Shown here one piece after another: positions 27,783 to 44,261 of a stretch of 64,000 nt of DNA. The stretch comes from the human T2T-CHM13v2.0 reference genome, Homo sapiens. The stretch lies in NCBI RefSeq assembly GCF_009914755.1, contig NC_060939.1; one strand, 5' to 3'. Each line of letters begins with the position of its first letter. The stretch's first letter is position 1. Under the pieces are notes generated by a model. That model had not been told where the DNA came from. It made no database searches and worked only from the letters and a program-made list of their open reading frames with translations. Position numbers and translations under genes: made by a program.

Positions 27783-28072
27783 GTGAGAGCGGGAGCTGGA
27801 GCAGCAGCTGGGGAGGCAGCGGGAGGGGCCTTCCCGGTCCCCAGGCTGCGGGGCAGGCCAGAGGCCCTGGGACACACGGGCAGGGTAAGGCAGGGGATGG
27901 GGGAGGCAAGAGGCCAGCTTCCACTGTGGCCAGGTGGTGTCGGAAACAAAGGGCAGGGCGGAGGGTAAGGCCAGCTGGGGTTGGCTGAGGACACCTGGAG
28001 GCTTGGTTTGCCCAAGCGTGAGACCGCCCCCCATACCCCTCTCTCCAGCATCTCTGAGGGTCCCCAAGGAGC

Positions 28073-28300
28073 ATGGCTGGGAGCCGTGAGGTGGTGGCCA
28101 TGGACTGCGAGATGGTGGGGCTGGGGCCCCACCGGGAGAGTGGCCTGGCTCGTTGCAGCCTCGTGAACGTCCACGGTGCTGTGCTGTACGACAAGTTCAT
28201 CCGGCCTGAGGGAGAGATCACCGATTACAGAACCCGGGTCAGCGGGGTCACCCCTCAGCACATGGTGGGGGCCACACCATTTGCCGTGGCCAGGCTAGAG
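28073..28300 (+). CDS. ISG20: ISG20 interferon-stimulated 20 kDa exonuclease, coding exon 1 (exon starts at 28049), aa 1-76
   Basis: Acceptor CTCTCTCCAG|C; Kozak AGCATGG; [16 protein letters not shown] (D11, E13); donor GAG|GTGAGT, phase 0. Confidence 0.97.
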
Positions 28301-29387
28301 GTGAGTGAAGGCCCGGCCAGCAGGGGCTTTGGAAATAACCCCTCTCCCACTTCCCTGGCCCCTCTTCCCTGGTGCCCATCTGTGACCTGTGACCCCACTT
28401 GTAAGATTTCCCACACTGCTGTTGGGAGAAAGCCGGTGGTGTCTCCATCACATCCTGGAGAAGGCTTCCTGTCTTCAGAGAACCATAGACTCACATCTGG
28501 AAGCCGCCTTTGGGGCATCTATCTGGATCTGGTCCAACTTGCCGGTCTTAAAATGGGGAAACTGAGTTCCCCCACACAGTGACTTGGGGTCTACATTCCC
28601 CATTCTTCCCTCTACCCCAGGCTGCCACTGGTGAGACCTGTGGGGAAATGAGAGGATTCTTGGCTGAGGCTCTGGCAAGAGGCTTTGGCCCTCCCAGTCC
28701 TGGAGAACAGGCTGAGCCTCGGGCTGAGGACCTTGCTCTCAGGCTAGCATTCTGACCCAGAGTAGGCTGTCTGCTCAGTTTGAATCCTGAGTTCGTGGTC
28801 CAGGGATTTCCTGCACTCTTGCTCTTAGCTGATTGTGAGGTCATCTCCCCGTCTCACTTTCTGTTTCTCTGAATTACTAAGTGGAAAGCAAAACTTAAAG
28901 GTGTCAACACGGTTAGCCACCCCTGGGAAATCTCAGAAGGGCAGGCGAGCTCGTCAGTTTCTAGACACCATGGTAGGGTTTGAGGAAGTCCAAGAAGAAC
29001 ACAGGTTCCTCAGCAGCACACACCCAATCCGTGCCAGGCTCCAGGTGCTGGGGATGAAATGACAACAATAGCTACTATTGACTGAGCACTCACTATGCAC
29101 TGGCCGCTCCCCTAAGCACTGGCCATTCCTGAGCTCATTCACTCCTCACAAACAGCCCTGCCAGGCAGGTCCTCAGGAACTGTTAACGCAGAGTTAAGAG
29201 GGTCAGTTTCAATCTCAGTTCCCATTACTTAACAGCTAAGGTACCTTGGACAAGTTACTCAACCTCTTTGTACCCAGTAAAAGAAAAGAAGGATAATAGT
29301 AGTAGCAACTTTGTTGGGTTATTGCGAGGATTGAGAAAGGGTCTAGATAGAGTGCCTAAATAGGTACTCAAAAAAATGTTAGCTATT

Positions 29388-29998
<611 letters not shown>

Positions 29999-30054
29999 AT
30001 GGTTGTTTACCTTATTATCCCCATATTACAGATGAGGAAACTGGGGCTCGCTTG

Positions 30055-31118
<1,064 letters not shown>

Positions 31119-31204
31119 ACTGAGTAACTTACGCTGTTAAGATAGATGGAATATGGGACAACTGCTCAGGAATCCAAACTCAGGCTTACAGTCTCTAGAA
31201 CTAT

Positions 31205-32465
<1,261 letters not shown>

Positions 32466-32471
32466 GAAGTA

Positions 32472-32700
32472 CAGATTGAGTAGCCCTTATCTGAAATGCT
32501 GGGGACCAGAAGGGTTTTGGATTTTGGATTTGGGATTTTTTTGGATTTTGGAATATTTGCATTATACTTACTGGTTGAGCATCCCAAATTTGAAAATCTG
32601 AAATTTGAAATGTTCCAATGAGCATTTCCTTTGAGCGTCATGTTGGCACTCAGAAAGTTTAGGATTCTGGAGCATTTGTATTTGGGATGCTGTACCTGTA
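32472..32700 (+). mobile_element. Tigger4a (MER46A)-like MITE
   Basis: TA|CAGATTGAGTAGCCCTTATCTGAAATGC ... GGGATGCTGTACCTG|TA, ~230 bp. Confidence 0.75.
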
Positions 32701-32951
32701 TCAACAGTACAGTGTGGGAACCCTGGAGATGGTCACAGTACATCATCTTGGTTCTGGAAAGACTCCGTGAAGCTGGTGGTATTTGAAAGGGGTGGAGGAG
32801 AGTCTATGTAGGGAATTAAGTGGGCCATAGGGAGCCATTGAAGATTCTTGAGCAATGCATGGGAGGATAAAAACCAGTTTCAAGAAAACTAGAATGGGAA
32901 TACCATGCAGGATAGATGGGAGCGAGAAAAGAGATGACGGTAAGAGTCAGA

Positions 32952-33342
<391 letters not shown>

Positions 33343-35440
33343 TTAGGAAAGGAAGAAAACGTTTGGAGAGTCACCAGAAAGGTGAGGGCAACATGAAGAA
33401 GAGGTGGGAGTCTGTTCAGGTGCTGATGGGAGGCCCAGGGACACCACAAGGAGCTCCCCGCCCTCAGATTCCCACTGAGCAGTCAGGGTGGGCAGTATGT
33501 CCCTCTCCTTCCTCCTTGTCCCCAATTTCCCTCCCCATCAGACAGACAGAAAGGGGCAGAGGAGCCCAGAGCAGGGAGAAAGGAGGCAGTAGAGCAGTAC
33601 CTCTCCCAGTCCCTGTACATCCAGACCTGGAAAACCGCAATTCCCTGGGCGCCCTTGAGCATTGGCCTCGGGGCCTGGACGCCTCAGTCTTCATCCACAT
33701 TTGGTGCAGAAATGCTTTTGTTTCTCAGTTAGAGGATATGCCAACTCCACTCTTTAAGCGTGTGACACGGAACCCTGCTCAGACTGGGCACTTGATAGCC
33801 ACTGAACGATGAGGCAGGGGTTCAAAGACCAGGCAGGTCTTTGGAACCACATCCGGGCTTCTCAGTTCCTGCTCCATCACCTATAGGTTTGTACAATTGT
33901 CAGCAAGTTATTGAACCTTTCTGAGGCTCCATTTCCTAATCATAAAAGAGAACTCCTAGTGCCTCCTCCCTGGTCTCATGCGGGTCAGATGCCGTGACAT
34001 GGACTGTGGCCCTAAGCGCGGTGCCTGGTTCACAGCTGATGTTTGCTAATTGCACCCATGAAGAGAGAAGGGCAGAAACCCAGTCCCCTCTCCGACTTCT
34101 CTTGGGAACTGCGGTCTTCGATGCTGACCCTCGTTTTCTGCCGGCTGTATCTTGTGTGCATGCTGCTCTCTCCCACTCTGCTGCCAGAGAACTTCCCTAA
34201 ACCTGGCTCAGATCATCGCCGCCTCCCCTATTAAAATATCTCCCATGGCTCCCTATTGCCTAAGGTTCCCCCAGCTCAGCACCTAGCAGTCAGGCTCTCC
34301 AAACCCCTATCTATCTGCCTTTCTTGCTTTCTCTCATAGCTCAGCCATTGCCTACCATGCATTTCAGCCAACTCCTAGTCTCTCCTATCCCCCATCCCTC
34401 TCCCTAGAAATACCATCATTCTGGCAGCCCCAGGCCAGAAGAGACCTTTATGATGCACTTACCCACTCCTGCCCACCGTCGCTGCCCCACTGGTCCCTAG
34501 CCTCTGGCCCTCCTTGCTGTTGCTGATGCACATCATAGCTCGTCCATTCATTCACACCATCTGTCTATTTCCACAGCTCTTACTATACACTTTATCTGCC
34601 CCCAGACTGGAACCTGTGTTTTGCACACAGGTGACTTGAGAATGTTTGTGGGATTGAAGTTGAACTGATTTTCATAAATACAAAAGAGTTCTGGCAGCTG
34701 CGTGGAGTAAAATTGTCTCTGCCCTGTGTTGGCCTTTGCTGTTGAGATGTGGTGATGCATAGCCCTGATGGGCAGGGAGCAAGCACACTGTCTTTAGATT
34801 GGGCTGCATGTGGATCCAATCCCAACTTTGCCTCTGGATTGCTCTGTGTCCTCTAGCTTGTTGCTCAACCTCTCTGTGCTCCCCTAAGTAGGATCCTCTG
34901 TAACACAGAGATGATTAAATAGTACAGGTGTATCCAGCCCTGTGGCCCAGGTGCTATTCTGAGCACGTTTCATACTCCCCACCACAACCCTGAACTAGTA
35001 CCATCACTCCCATTTTACAGATGAGGAAACTGAGGTATGAGACTGAGTAAGCTGTCCAAGGAAGGGATAGAGCAGAGACTCAGATTCTGGCTCCTGAGCT
35101 GGAGCTGTGGTGTTCAGATCCCATGCTCAGTGTGTGTGAATGCACTCTATAAATGCTAAGTGTCCAATGTATGTAAGGGGCGAGGTCCTGCATAGCACAT
35201 GGGTGGAAATGTGGCCCAGTAATGGTCATTATTTGTCTCTGTGGATGAGGACACTGAGTGTCAATTTGTTGGAGGCTCCGGAGGCAGTTTGATCCCATTT
35301 ATCATCCATAATGTTTTAATCCCAAAGACAGATCAGGCTCACGGGCCCCCAAATGTGCTGAGGGCCCCCAAAGGGCAGAAGCCTAACAGCCCTTTTATGA
35401 GACCCCACAAGGCCAGGTGACACCTCTCAGGTGAGTCTAG

Positions 35441-35770
<330 letters not shown>

Positions 35771-36029
35771 ATGCAGGCATTTTTCAAAGGCCCCTCACCT
35801 CTCCGTCTCCTCCCAGTAAGGAGTAGTGACAGTGCCCAGCCAGCAGCCAGCAATCAAGTAGCCCATGGTGGCCAGGAGGCTCCGGGGAGTCCCAAGTCCA
35901 CCCAGGAGTGCTTTAGGCCACTGATGTGAGTGGGACCCCCCCCCCACTCCACCCCTTTTTATTTATTGTAATGTGGCGACATTACTTTTATAATGTAAGT
36001 GCTTATGATCTTCTGACATCTCTGTGTCT

Positions 36030-36230
36030 GACCATTATATAGAGGGGATATTTAGCAATGTTGGGAGACATTTCTGGTTGTCACAGTGGCCGGTATCTAG
36101 TGGGTAGAGACCAGAGAGCTCCCAAACATCTCACAATGCCCAGGGCAGCTCCCTCCCCTGCCACGCACACATAACAAAGAAGTATCTGGCCCCACATGGC
36201 AACAGTGCTAAGGCTAAGAAACCCTGGTCT
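36030..36230. mobile_element. MER20-like hAT element
   Basis: GGAGACATTTCTGGTTGTCACA...ATCTAGTGGGTAGAGACCAG...AAGAAACCCTG. Confidence 0.7.
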
Positions 36231-39189
36231 ATAAGAGAGCGCCACAAATCAGACTGTCAGCACAGGAGGGAATCCATGCACTGGAGACTGGCGTCCAGAG
36301 AGGGGCAGTGATTTGCCTAAGGACATACAGGAAGCTATGATACAAATCACTGCTCAGATTCATGGGTCCCACCTGGCGAGTTAATGTTTTTCTTCTTCCT
36401 TTTTAAAAAATCTAACAGTAATTTTTAGTAACTTGTAAATCAGTTTTGTGAGTGAATTCTCTTTTAACGTCAACCCAGCATAAGGAGGGGCATCCACCCT
36501 GAGAAGCACCGTGGTCGCGGGCACAGATGCAGACAGAAGGGAAGTCATGGTAGCTTGTGAACAGGGAGAGATTTCAGCTGTAGCCAGCCTGGTAGCCCTT
36601 GCACAGGTGGGAGTGTCCTGTTGGGGCCCTGCCACCTGGCAGGTCCCTCTGGGTCTCAGCCAGATGAAGGAGGAAGGCTTCAATATCCAGATTTGCCCCA
36701 GGGTAAGTGGCCTTGTGGGAACCAGGCACTAGCCGGGGGGCGGGGACACCAGGGGAGCTTGGCAGGGGACAAGAGCAAAGAATGGGGCTGGAGCCACTCC
36801 AGAAGGTGATAGTAAGGGACCTGTCCTCTGTAAGAACAAGATTCTTCAGGGCCCCTTACTCATAGCCTCCTCTCCTGGCAGCCAAGAATGAATGAATGGG
36901 TACGTGAACTAGTGTATAATGGATGAATGAATGCATGGTAGAGGCAGCAGGCTCTGGACTGCTCAGCGGGATTCAGTGCAGAGATGTGCAGACTTGTTAG
37001 ATGGGAAGAATCCCCTGAAACAGTTGCTGACACCCCTCCCTGGATATTTCAATTCAGTAGGTCTGTGTAGGGCCTGGCCCTCCTGGATTTTTGGATCAGG
37101 CACATCTGGGAAATACTTGGAGTAGAGTGGAAACACAGTGGAAGGTGTGTGCAGGCAGACAGCCGCACCTGGCCTGGCACTCCCCTGCTTGTGACCTGGG
37201 TGCACACCGCCCTGCGCCCCGCTTTGCTGGCGGGTCAGATGGTATGGAAGTCACCGCCTTGCACCGTTATCATTGTGTGCCTGGTAGTGCCCTGTCCCTT
37301 GGTCCTTGTGCTAATAATAACAACTACAGTAACAATGATGGGGTCAGGTGGATCCAGACACGGCACTGCAGCTTTCAGCTGACTAGCTGTGTGACTTGGG
37401 CAAGCCCCTTAATCTCTCTGATCTCGGGCTCCCTCCTCTGTAAAATGGAATTAAGAATAACCTCATTGAGGAGCTTCCTGAGGAGGTAAGGAAAGTGCCT
37501 GGCACAGTGCCAGGCTGCTAAGAGATCAATAAATGTCCCATCCCCCAGCCCCACCCCAGTTCTTTCCAGGAATTTGAGAGACTCCTCCCCCTGTGTTTGA
37601 AAGTGGCAAAGTCTGGCACACTTGCCTCATGACACTGACTCAGGGCAGGTCCTGTGGCCAGCAGGTCACACAGCCCCGAGGCCAGCCTGCCAGTGCCTTT
37701 CTCCGACTCCTGGGCTCCAGCAGGTGCCCGACTCCTTCCCTTTTCAGACCTGCCTCAGTCTGTGGAGCCCTGGCTGCTAAAGGGCCACTCAAGCCTCACC
37801 AGTCTGGGCCCTCACCTTACAAATGGGAAAACTGAAGCCCAGAGAGGGTCTTTGACATCCCTGAGGTCACACAGCAAGTTCCAGCATCTCTTCCTTCCCA
37901 GAATCTTTGTCCCAAAGAGTGGTGTCTCTTTGCTAAATAGATGGTTCTGTTCTTTCCCTTCTTCCTCTTCTTTCCTCGGCTTGTCCTCTCCCTCTTATTC
38001 TATTTGTCTCGTGGTGAGTCACATAGTGCCTCATGTAGACCCCCACTTCCCCTCTCCAGACTCTCAGGCTCGGGAAGTGATGGGTTTCCTGGGAATCCAC
38101 ACCATGATGACTCGTACCTTCTACATCTGTGCCCAGCTGTGGCTGCCTCTGGGATGGTGGATGAGTTCCTTCAGGGCTTTGTGTGAACTGGGCCTGAGCC
38201 AAGCCCCTAGATGGGGAAAACAGGCCACATTGTTCAGGAGCACAAAGGATGTTAGCAAGAAAAGACACATGACCCATGGCCGCCCACACACCCACATCTC
38301 TCCACGCCCCGTGCCATTTCTGCCCGCCGCTGCGTGCTGGGCGGTTTCCTCTGCACAGAGTTTCCCTTGAGCTGCTACTCTGAGGTCGTGTGCCTGTTGT
38401 CATCTTTTAAAGCCTCAGTTTTGTCGCCATTTCCCAGGTGACCTCTAGCACACTCAAGTTTGAGAAGTGCTGGTGTGGTTCAGGAGCAGGGCCCCTTCAT
38501 TCTCCAGCACACTCTCCCCAGTCCTCTAAGTCGAGCGTGAGCTCTGTCCAGAGAAGGCCTCCAACCAGACCATGTGGACCGCGGGGCAGGCTGGTGACAC
38601 TGCCTGTTGACAGTGGATGGACAGACTGCTTCCCGCATAGTGACCCTGGGCAAGTCACATCTCCTCTCTGAGCCTCAGTCTCCTGTGGTTGCCAGGGGAG
38701 AACATGTAAAAGGGAACACATGATGTTCCAGGAGGCCGCTGGCTATCTAGAAGGAGAAGCAGGCTACGGGGAAGGTGTTAGGCACCAGAAGGCTCTTTCC
38801 TGGTGTACAGGCTAAGGTCGTGGGCTACATGCAGAGAAGGAGACGAAGGCTGTCCTAGAGCTGTCCAAAGTGGGCCTGGACTAGCCACGAGCCGCCCCTT
38901 TCCCTAATAGAGCTCACATCTGTTCTATTTTCAGGTCCCCTTCCCATCCTCTCCAACGGCAGCTGAGTGAAAGCAAGCTGACTGGCCTGTGTGACCAGAG
39001 CAGGGCAGGCTGTCCATGTGGGAGGCGAGGCGAGGAACGCGGGGCTGGGGCACTCACAGCTGGGCGCCTGGGCTGCTGGAGGCCTGGAGTGGTCGTTCAC
39101 TCTTCTGGCTCAGTGTGGCAGTGGCAGGCGGGCTCTGGATTCATCCCACTGGCTTCAAGGCCTGGCTTTGCCACTAACTAGCCGTGTGA

Positions 39190-39900
39190 CTGTCCCAGTT
39201 ATCAAATGGTGCTTGGCAAATCACACCAAAACTTACCGGTTCAAACAATGTCAATACTTATTTCGCTCGGCCACCTGCAGTTTGGGCAGGTGCTCTGCAG
39301 CAGGACAGGCCGTCAGTTAAGGCACCTTGAAGGCTGGGGGCTGGAACCATTGGAAGGTTTGCTCACCCACCTGTCTGGTGGCTGGTGCTGGCCTGCCTTG
39401 GACACATCACTATCTCGGTGGCTTTTCCCCGTGGTCTTTCCAGCATGGTGGCTTTGGGGTGGCCAGACATTTATTTATTTATTTATTTATTGAGACGGAG
39501 TCGTGCTCAGTCGCCCAAGCTGTAGTGCAGTGGCACGATCTCAGCTCACTTGCAATCTCCCTCCCAGGCTCAAGCAATTCTCCTGCCTCAGCCTCCCGAG
39601 TAACTGGGAATAGCCACGGCGCATGGGTAATTTTTGCATTTTTAGTAGAGACAGAGTCTCACCATGTTGGCCAGGCTGGTCTCAAACTCCTGGCCTCAGG
39701 TGATCCACCTGCCTCACCTCCCAAAGTGCTGGGATTACAGACGTGAGACACCGTGCCTGGCTGGTGGCCGGACTTCTTATAGAATTGCGGTCCCAGAGAG
39801 AAGTCAGAAGTCATACAGCCCAGCCCATATGCAATGGGAGGGGAGTTTGATTCCATCTTTTTTAAGAAGAGTGTCAAGGAATTTGCAAACTTGTTTTAAA
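39190..39900 (-). mobile_element. Old MLT1 LTR fragment interrupted by an Alu (39470-39762)
   Basis: MaLR-like start (CAAATCACACCAAAACTTA...) and reverse Alu. Confidence 0.6.
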
Positions 39901-39989
39901 ATCATCAGAGTAAGCCTGGGCATGTCACTCCTCTGCATTTCAGATATTTCCTTTGTAAAACTCAGTTAAATGCAGTGCTCCCTCCTCAC

Positions 39990-40468
39990 TGTTAGTTTTC
40001 TGTGGCTGCCGTAAGGAAGCCATCAACTTAGTGATTCACAGCAACACAGATGTCTTCTCTTACAGTTCTGTAGTTTCGAAGTTCAGCGTGGGTCTCACTG
40101 GTCTAAAATCAGAGTGTCAGTGGGGCTAGGTTCCTTCTGGATGCTCTGGGGAAGAATCCATTTCCTCGCCCTTTCTGGCTTCTAGAGGCTGCCTGAATAC
40201 CTTAACTCACGGCCCCTCCCTCCATCTTCAAAGCCAGCAACAGCCTGTTTGCCTCATGTGGATTCACTCTGACCTCCACATGTAAGGAGGCTTGTGATTA
40301 TGTTGGGACCACATGGGTAGGCCAGGTGATCTCCCCATTTGAAGGTCGACTGATTAGCAATCTAAGTTCTGCCCGGAACTTTAATTCCTCTTTGCCAGGT
40401 AATGCATTCACAGATCCTGGGGACTAGGGTGTGGACATCTTTGGGAGGTCATTATTCTGCCTGCCATA
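39990..40468 (-). mobile_element. MLT1D-like MaLR LTR
   Basis: TGTTAGTTTTCTGTGGCTGCCGTAA ... ATTATTCTGCCTGCCATA. Confidence 0.75.
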
Positions 40469-40809
40469 ATAGAATTGTTGGGAAGATTAAACAACATAAT
40501 ATACATGACGTATGTTGAGGCACGCTTGGCACCTGGGAAATACTCAGGATGTACTAACCATTGCTCCTACACAGTTCAGCTCCTGAAGGAGTCCAGGTGG
40601 GCTTTTGGCACAGAATGAAACTATCAGGTGTGAGGAGGGTCCTAGTCCAATCTCTTCTTTTCAAAGATGATACATTTGAAGCCCAGGGAGGACTGATAAT
40701 TTGCCCAAGGTCACACAGCCAGTCAAGGAGGGATTGCTCCCTTGCCAGCCCCAGCCCCACCCAGAAGATGCTGGGTCATGTAGGGGTGGGCACATGTCTT
40801 CCTGGCCAG

Positions 40810-41010
40810 ATCCTGCAGCTCCTGAAAGGCAAGCTGGTGGTGGGTCATGACCTGAAGCACGACTTCCAGGCACTGAAAGAGGACATGAGCGGCTACACAA
40901 TCTACGACACGTCCACTGACAGGCTGTTGTGGCGTGAGGCCAAGCTGGACCACTGCAGGCGTGTCTCCCTGCGGGTGCTGAGTGAGCGCCTCCTGCACAA
41001 GAGCATCCAG
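40810..41010 (+). CDS. ISG20: ISG20 coding exon 2, aa 77-143
   Basis: GCCAG|ATC ... CAG|GTGAGA; 201 nt; Exo[13 protein letters not shown] (D94). Confidence 0.97.
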
Positions 41011-41016
41011 GTGAGA

Positions 41017-41290
41017 ACCTCCTCGTCCTTCTCCTCCTCCCCCCTCCTCCCCCTCCTCCCCCTCCTCCTCACCCATCTCCATTTCCTCCCCCTCCTCCCC
41101 CTCCTCCTCCCCCTCCTCCCCCTCCTCCTTCCCCTCCTCCTTCCCCTCCTCCTCCCCCTCCTCCCCCTTCCCCTCCCCCTTTGCCCACCTCCCCTTCCTC
41201 CTCCCCCTCCCCCTCCCCCACCTCCTCGCTCTTCTCCCCTTCTTCCCCTTCCTCCTCCCCTGTCCCCTCCCTTTCCTCCTCCTCCCTCAT
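41017..41290. repeat. Homopyrimidine (CCT/CCCCT)n low-complexity tract
   Basis: ~270 bp almost purely C/T, starting right after the ISG20 exon donor at 41010. Confidence 0.95.
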
Positions 41291-44050
41291 GCCCTCGCAC
41301 ACCTCAGGGCAGCTTGCCTGAGGCATTGATGGTAGGTCCTGCTGTGCCTGGTCCCTGGCTGGTAGAGTGAGGATGAGGGCAGGGAAGGGAAAACACCCAA
41401 CAAAGGTTTGCTTTTGTTGTTGAAATCAAGCCAGTTACCCTGTGGGAAGTGAAGCTTGCTCCCACCATAGAACTCTGGGCAATGATGTAAAGCACACACC
41501 TCACCTCAGATATGTCTCACAGCAGGGGCCGGGGAACTGGGATATTTGTACACCAGTTCCCATCAGCCACCAGCTGCTGCTGCTCCTGCGCACTGATTCC
41601 GCAGCACTTCTGGCTGGTGGGCAAAGCAGGCAGGAAAAGGCATACGGATATGGGGGGTTGGGAGTTCACCCTGTGGGAAGGGCAGAGGGAGAGGCGCCAG
41701 ACACTAAGAGCCAGGGCTGTACACAGGGACCCTTCAGGTCAACAGCTCTTTATTAAACACCTGCTGCCTGCTCTAGGCCAGATCCTAGAGACGCAGGGTG
41801 AGCAAGACCCATCTCTGTCCCTGAGCTCTTGGTTGGTTGGGAGGTGGCCCTTAACCAGATCATCAGCACACATGGTAAGGAGTGTGTGACGGAGGGAAGG
41901 GCAGTGCCCTGGGAGCAGGATGAAGGATGGGGCTGGCAGGGCAGGAGACCAGATCTGAACAGAGCCTGGAGGGTCTTAGTCAAGGAGGGCAGAAGAAGGC
42001 ATACAGAGTGGGGCCAGGTGAGTCAAAGCCTGAGGCTCGGGGAGGGGCTGGGGAGCACGGAGCCCGCCCCTAGCCTGCTGGCAAGAGCTGTAGGAATCAT
42101 GTCCGGAGTAGGGAACAGGGCTGAGTCTGGGCCTGTTAGCCTCAAAGCACATAAGGCACATAAGGGCCAGGCTGGGCTTTTCCTGGAGCCCTTGCCGCTC
42201 TGTGGCTCTCAGTCTGGGGCCTTAAGCCTGACCCAGGGCCTTCTCCCAGGCTCTGTCCCTGGGCTCATTAAGCCTGGTTGTTCCAGAAGCTCAGTACCCC
42301 ACCAGGCAGCTCCTGCCTGCACTGATGCCCCTAGAAACCAGCCCTCCCGCCCGCCCCCGCTCACATGGACAGTGGTGCTACTGATCACTGTGACCAGAAC
42401 TGACCCACAGGACACGAGGAGCTAACATGGTAGAGCTGTCACAGTTGGGCAGTGGTGTTACTGCCCCTCGAGGGAGTGAAATAGCAGGCCTGTGGCTCCC
42501 TGCCAAGCTGCGCGCATGGTAGACTGGGCTGCACAGGAAAGGAAAGACCCTGCCATTTATGAAGCCCTGTGGAGGGTGCTGGGCACAGTTCTCTCATTCC
42601 ATCCTTTAAGGCAGGTATAATCAGGCCCATTTCACAGAAGAGGAAACAGAGGCCCAGAAAGGAAAAGTGACTTGCCCACGGTCACAGAGCTCATAAGCAG
42701 GGGAGCTGGGAATTGCAGCCTGGGGTTTGTCTGATTCCAAATCCGGGGCTCTTTACCTCCCCACTTGGTAATAAAGGGTGCTGGTGCTGCATTCTGCTTC
42801 TGTTCTTGGCTTCCTTCTCCATAGAGCAGAGTGGTAGAACACATAACCTCCCTGTGCCTCAGTTTCCTCATCTGTCAAGGATGGTGACAGGGGCAGGTAT
42901 GCAGAGGCACAGCACAGACGACGCCACCATGCTACCTGCTTGCTGATTAATGATAGGGTGTCCAAGCCAAAAAATAAAACTAAACATTAAAAAATAAAAC
43001 AATACAGCGTAATAACGGCAACAAGAAAAAGCCTTTTTGAGCTGGGCCGTCTAACCAGGTGTCCCCAACACCCTGTCTGGAGTGCCTGGAAAAGGAGCCC
43101 CTGTGAGAACAGGAAGTCCTCTCTCGACAGAGGGACACCAAGAAAACGCAGCCAGGTCCAACAGCCCGCTGGCTCCCATGCTGGGTACCGGCCAGGACAC
43201 CAGGGCTGAGCGGGGCATGCGAAGGGAGATGAAAGGTGACTGCAGTGAGGATTTGCCCTGTGTACTCGCCTCTGCAAGATCCACATCTCAGCTGCACAAC
43301 TGGCTGGCTTGTGTGTGAGCCTCAGTTTTATCATCAGTAAAATGGGGGAATAATCATATCCAGCTCAGAGGTTTAACTTCAGCCTAGTGCACGGAAGACA
43401 TGGTAAATGGTCATCGCTTCTCCCTTGAATGGACCGAGGGCCCCCGACTCCCATAGCACTACCCCATAAAGTCTAGGCTCCCGACTTCGGCATTCAAGGC
43501 CTTCAGTGATAAATCCAGGCCCACCATCCGTCCCCACACCACCTTTCACACACCCCCTGCCCCCACCCTCGCAGGCCTCTTATTTTAGCTGCACGTGCTC
43601 TCCCTGCCTCCGAAATGCTTGCGGCCTTTCCTTTCCATTTATTGACGCCCTTGTGTTCTCTGTGAGCAGCCCTTCCCTGTGTCCCTAGCTGGAGTTCCTC
43701 ACTCCCTCCTCAGTGTCCTGAAGCTTCTTGTTAGAGCTGCTGCAGCCACTGCGTGTGTCTGACAGCAAGTCTGCAGCCTCTGCCTCCCTTGCGGGACTGC
43801 AGGTGACTTGAAGGCACAGCCTGGTTCCCAGGAGGCTGGCTTTCGTGCCACTGGCCCCAGGGCTGAAGGCAGGCCAGCTCCAGCCACCTGCTGAGTCTCC
43901 TAAGTCCAGAGTGTCAGAGACCTCAAGAGACTCTCACCCACTGACCCACCTGGGGACTCTGGAAATCGGGATGTGACCAGGGAAGACCCTGTCACGGGGC
44001 CTCTGAATTCAGCCTCATCCCAAGTCCCCACTCTATACTTGTGTCTGCAG

Positions 44051-44167
44051 AACAGCCTGCTTGGACACAGCTCGGTGGAAGATGCGAGGGCAACGATGGA
44101 GCTCTATCAAATCTCCCAGAGAATCCGAGCCCGCCGAGGGCTGCCCCGCCTGGCTGTGTCAGACTGA
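44051..44167 (+). CDS. ISG20: ISG20 coding exon 3, aa 144-181 plus stop
   Basis: TCTGCAG|AAC; ExoIII HSSVEDA (H149, D154); ends LAVSD*; spliced total 181 aa. Confidence 0.97.
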   Translation, partial: NSLLGHSSVEDARATMELYQISQRIRARRGLPRLAVSD

Positions 44168-44255
44168 AGCCCCATCCAGCCCGTTCCGCAGGGACTAGAG
44201 GCTTTCGGCTTTTTGGGACAGCAACTACCTTGCTTTTGGAAAATACATTTTTAAT

Positions 44256-44261
44256 AGTAAA
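44256..44261 (+). terminator. ISG20: ISG20 proximal variant poly(A) signal AGTAAA (distal AATAAA at 45098-45103)
   Basis: Variant hexamer in a U-rich context ~90 nt after the stop; next canonical hexamer ~0.85 kb further on. Confidence 0.6.

Noticed and set aside
27364-28261. Long minus-strand ORFs (285 and 185 aa) over the ISG20 promoter and exon 2
   Set aside because: GC-rich antisense shadow with no recognisable domain
28301-28582. Read-through of ISG20 exon 2 (169-aa ORF)
   Set aside because: It runs past a perfect GAG|GTGAGT donor; the intronic part has no protein-like features
37654-38370. 238-aa intronic ORF (likewise 41829-42425 and 48106-48759)
   Set aside because: Non-ATG starts, partly MIR/L2-derived, no motifs or splice support
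40810-41010. Alu-driven circRNA of the ISG20 middle coding exon
   Set aside because: No Alu seen in the downstream intron (41011-44050) to pair with the upstream Alus
40902-41326. RGG/Gly/Glu-rich minus-strand ORFs; possible SVA hexamer head
   Set aside because: Translation artefacts of the C/T tract; no regular (CCCTCT)n, Alu-like or VNTR SVA domains follow
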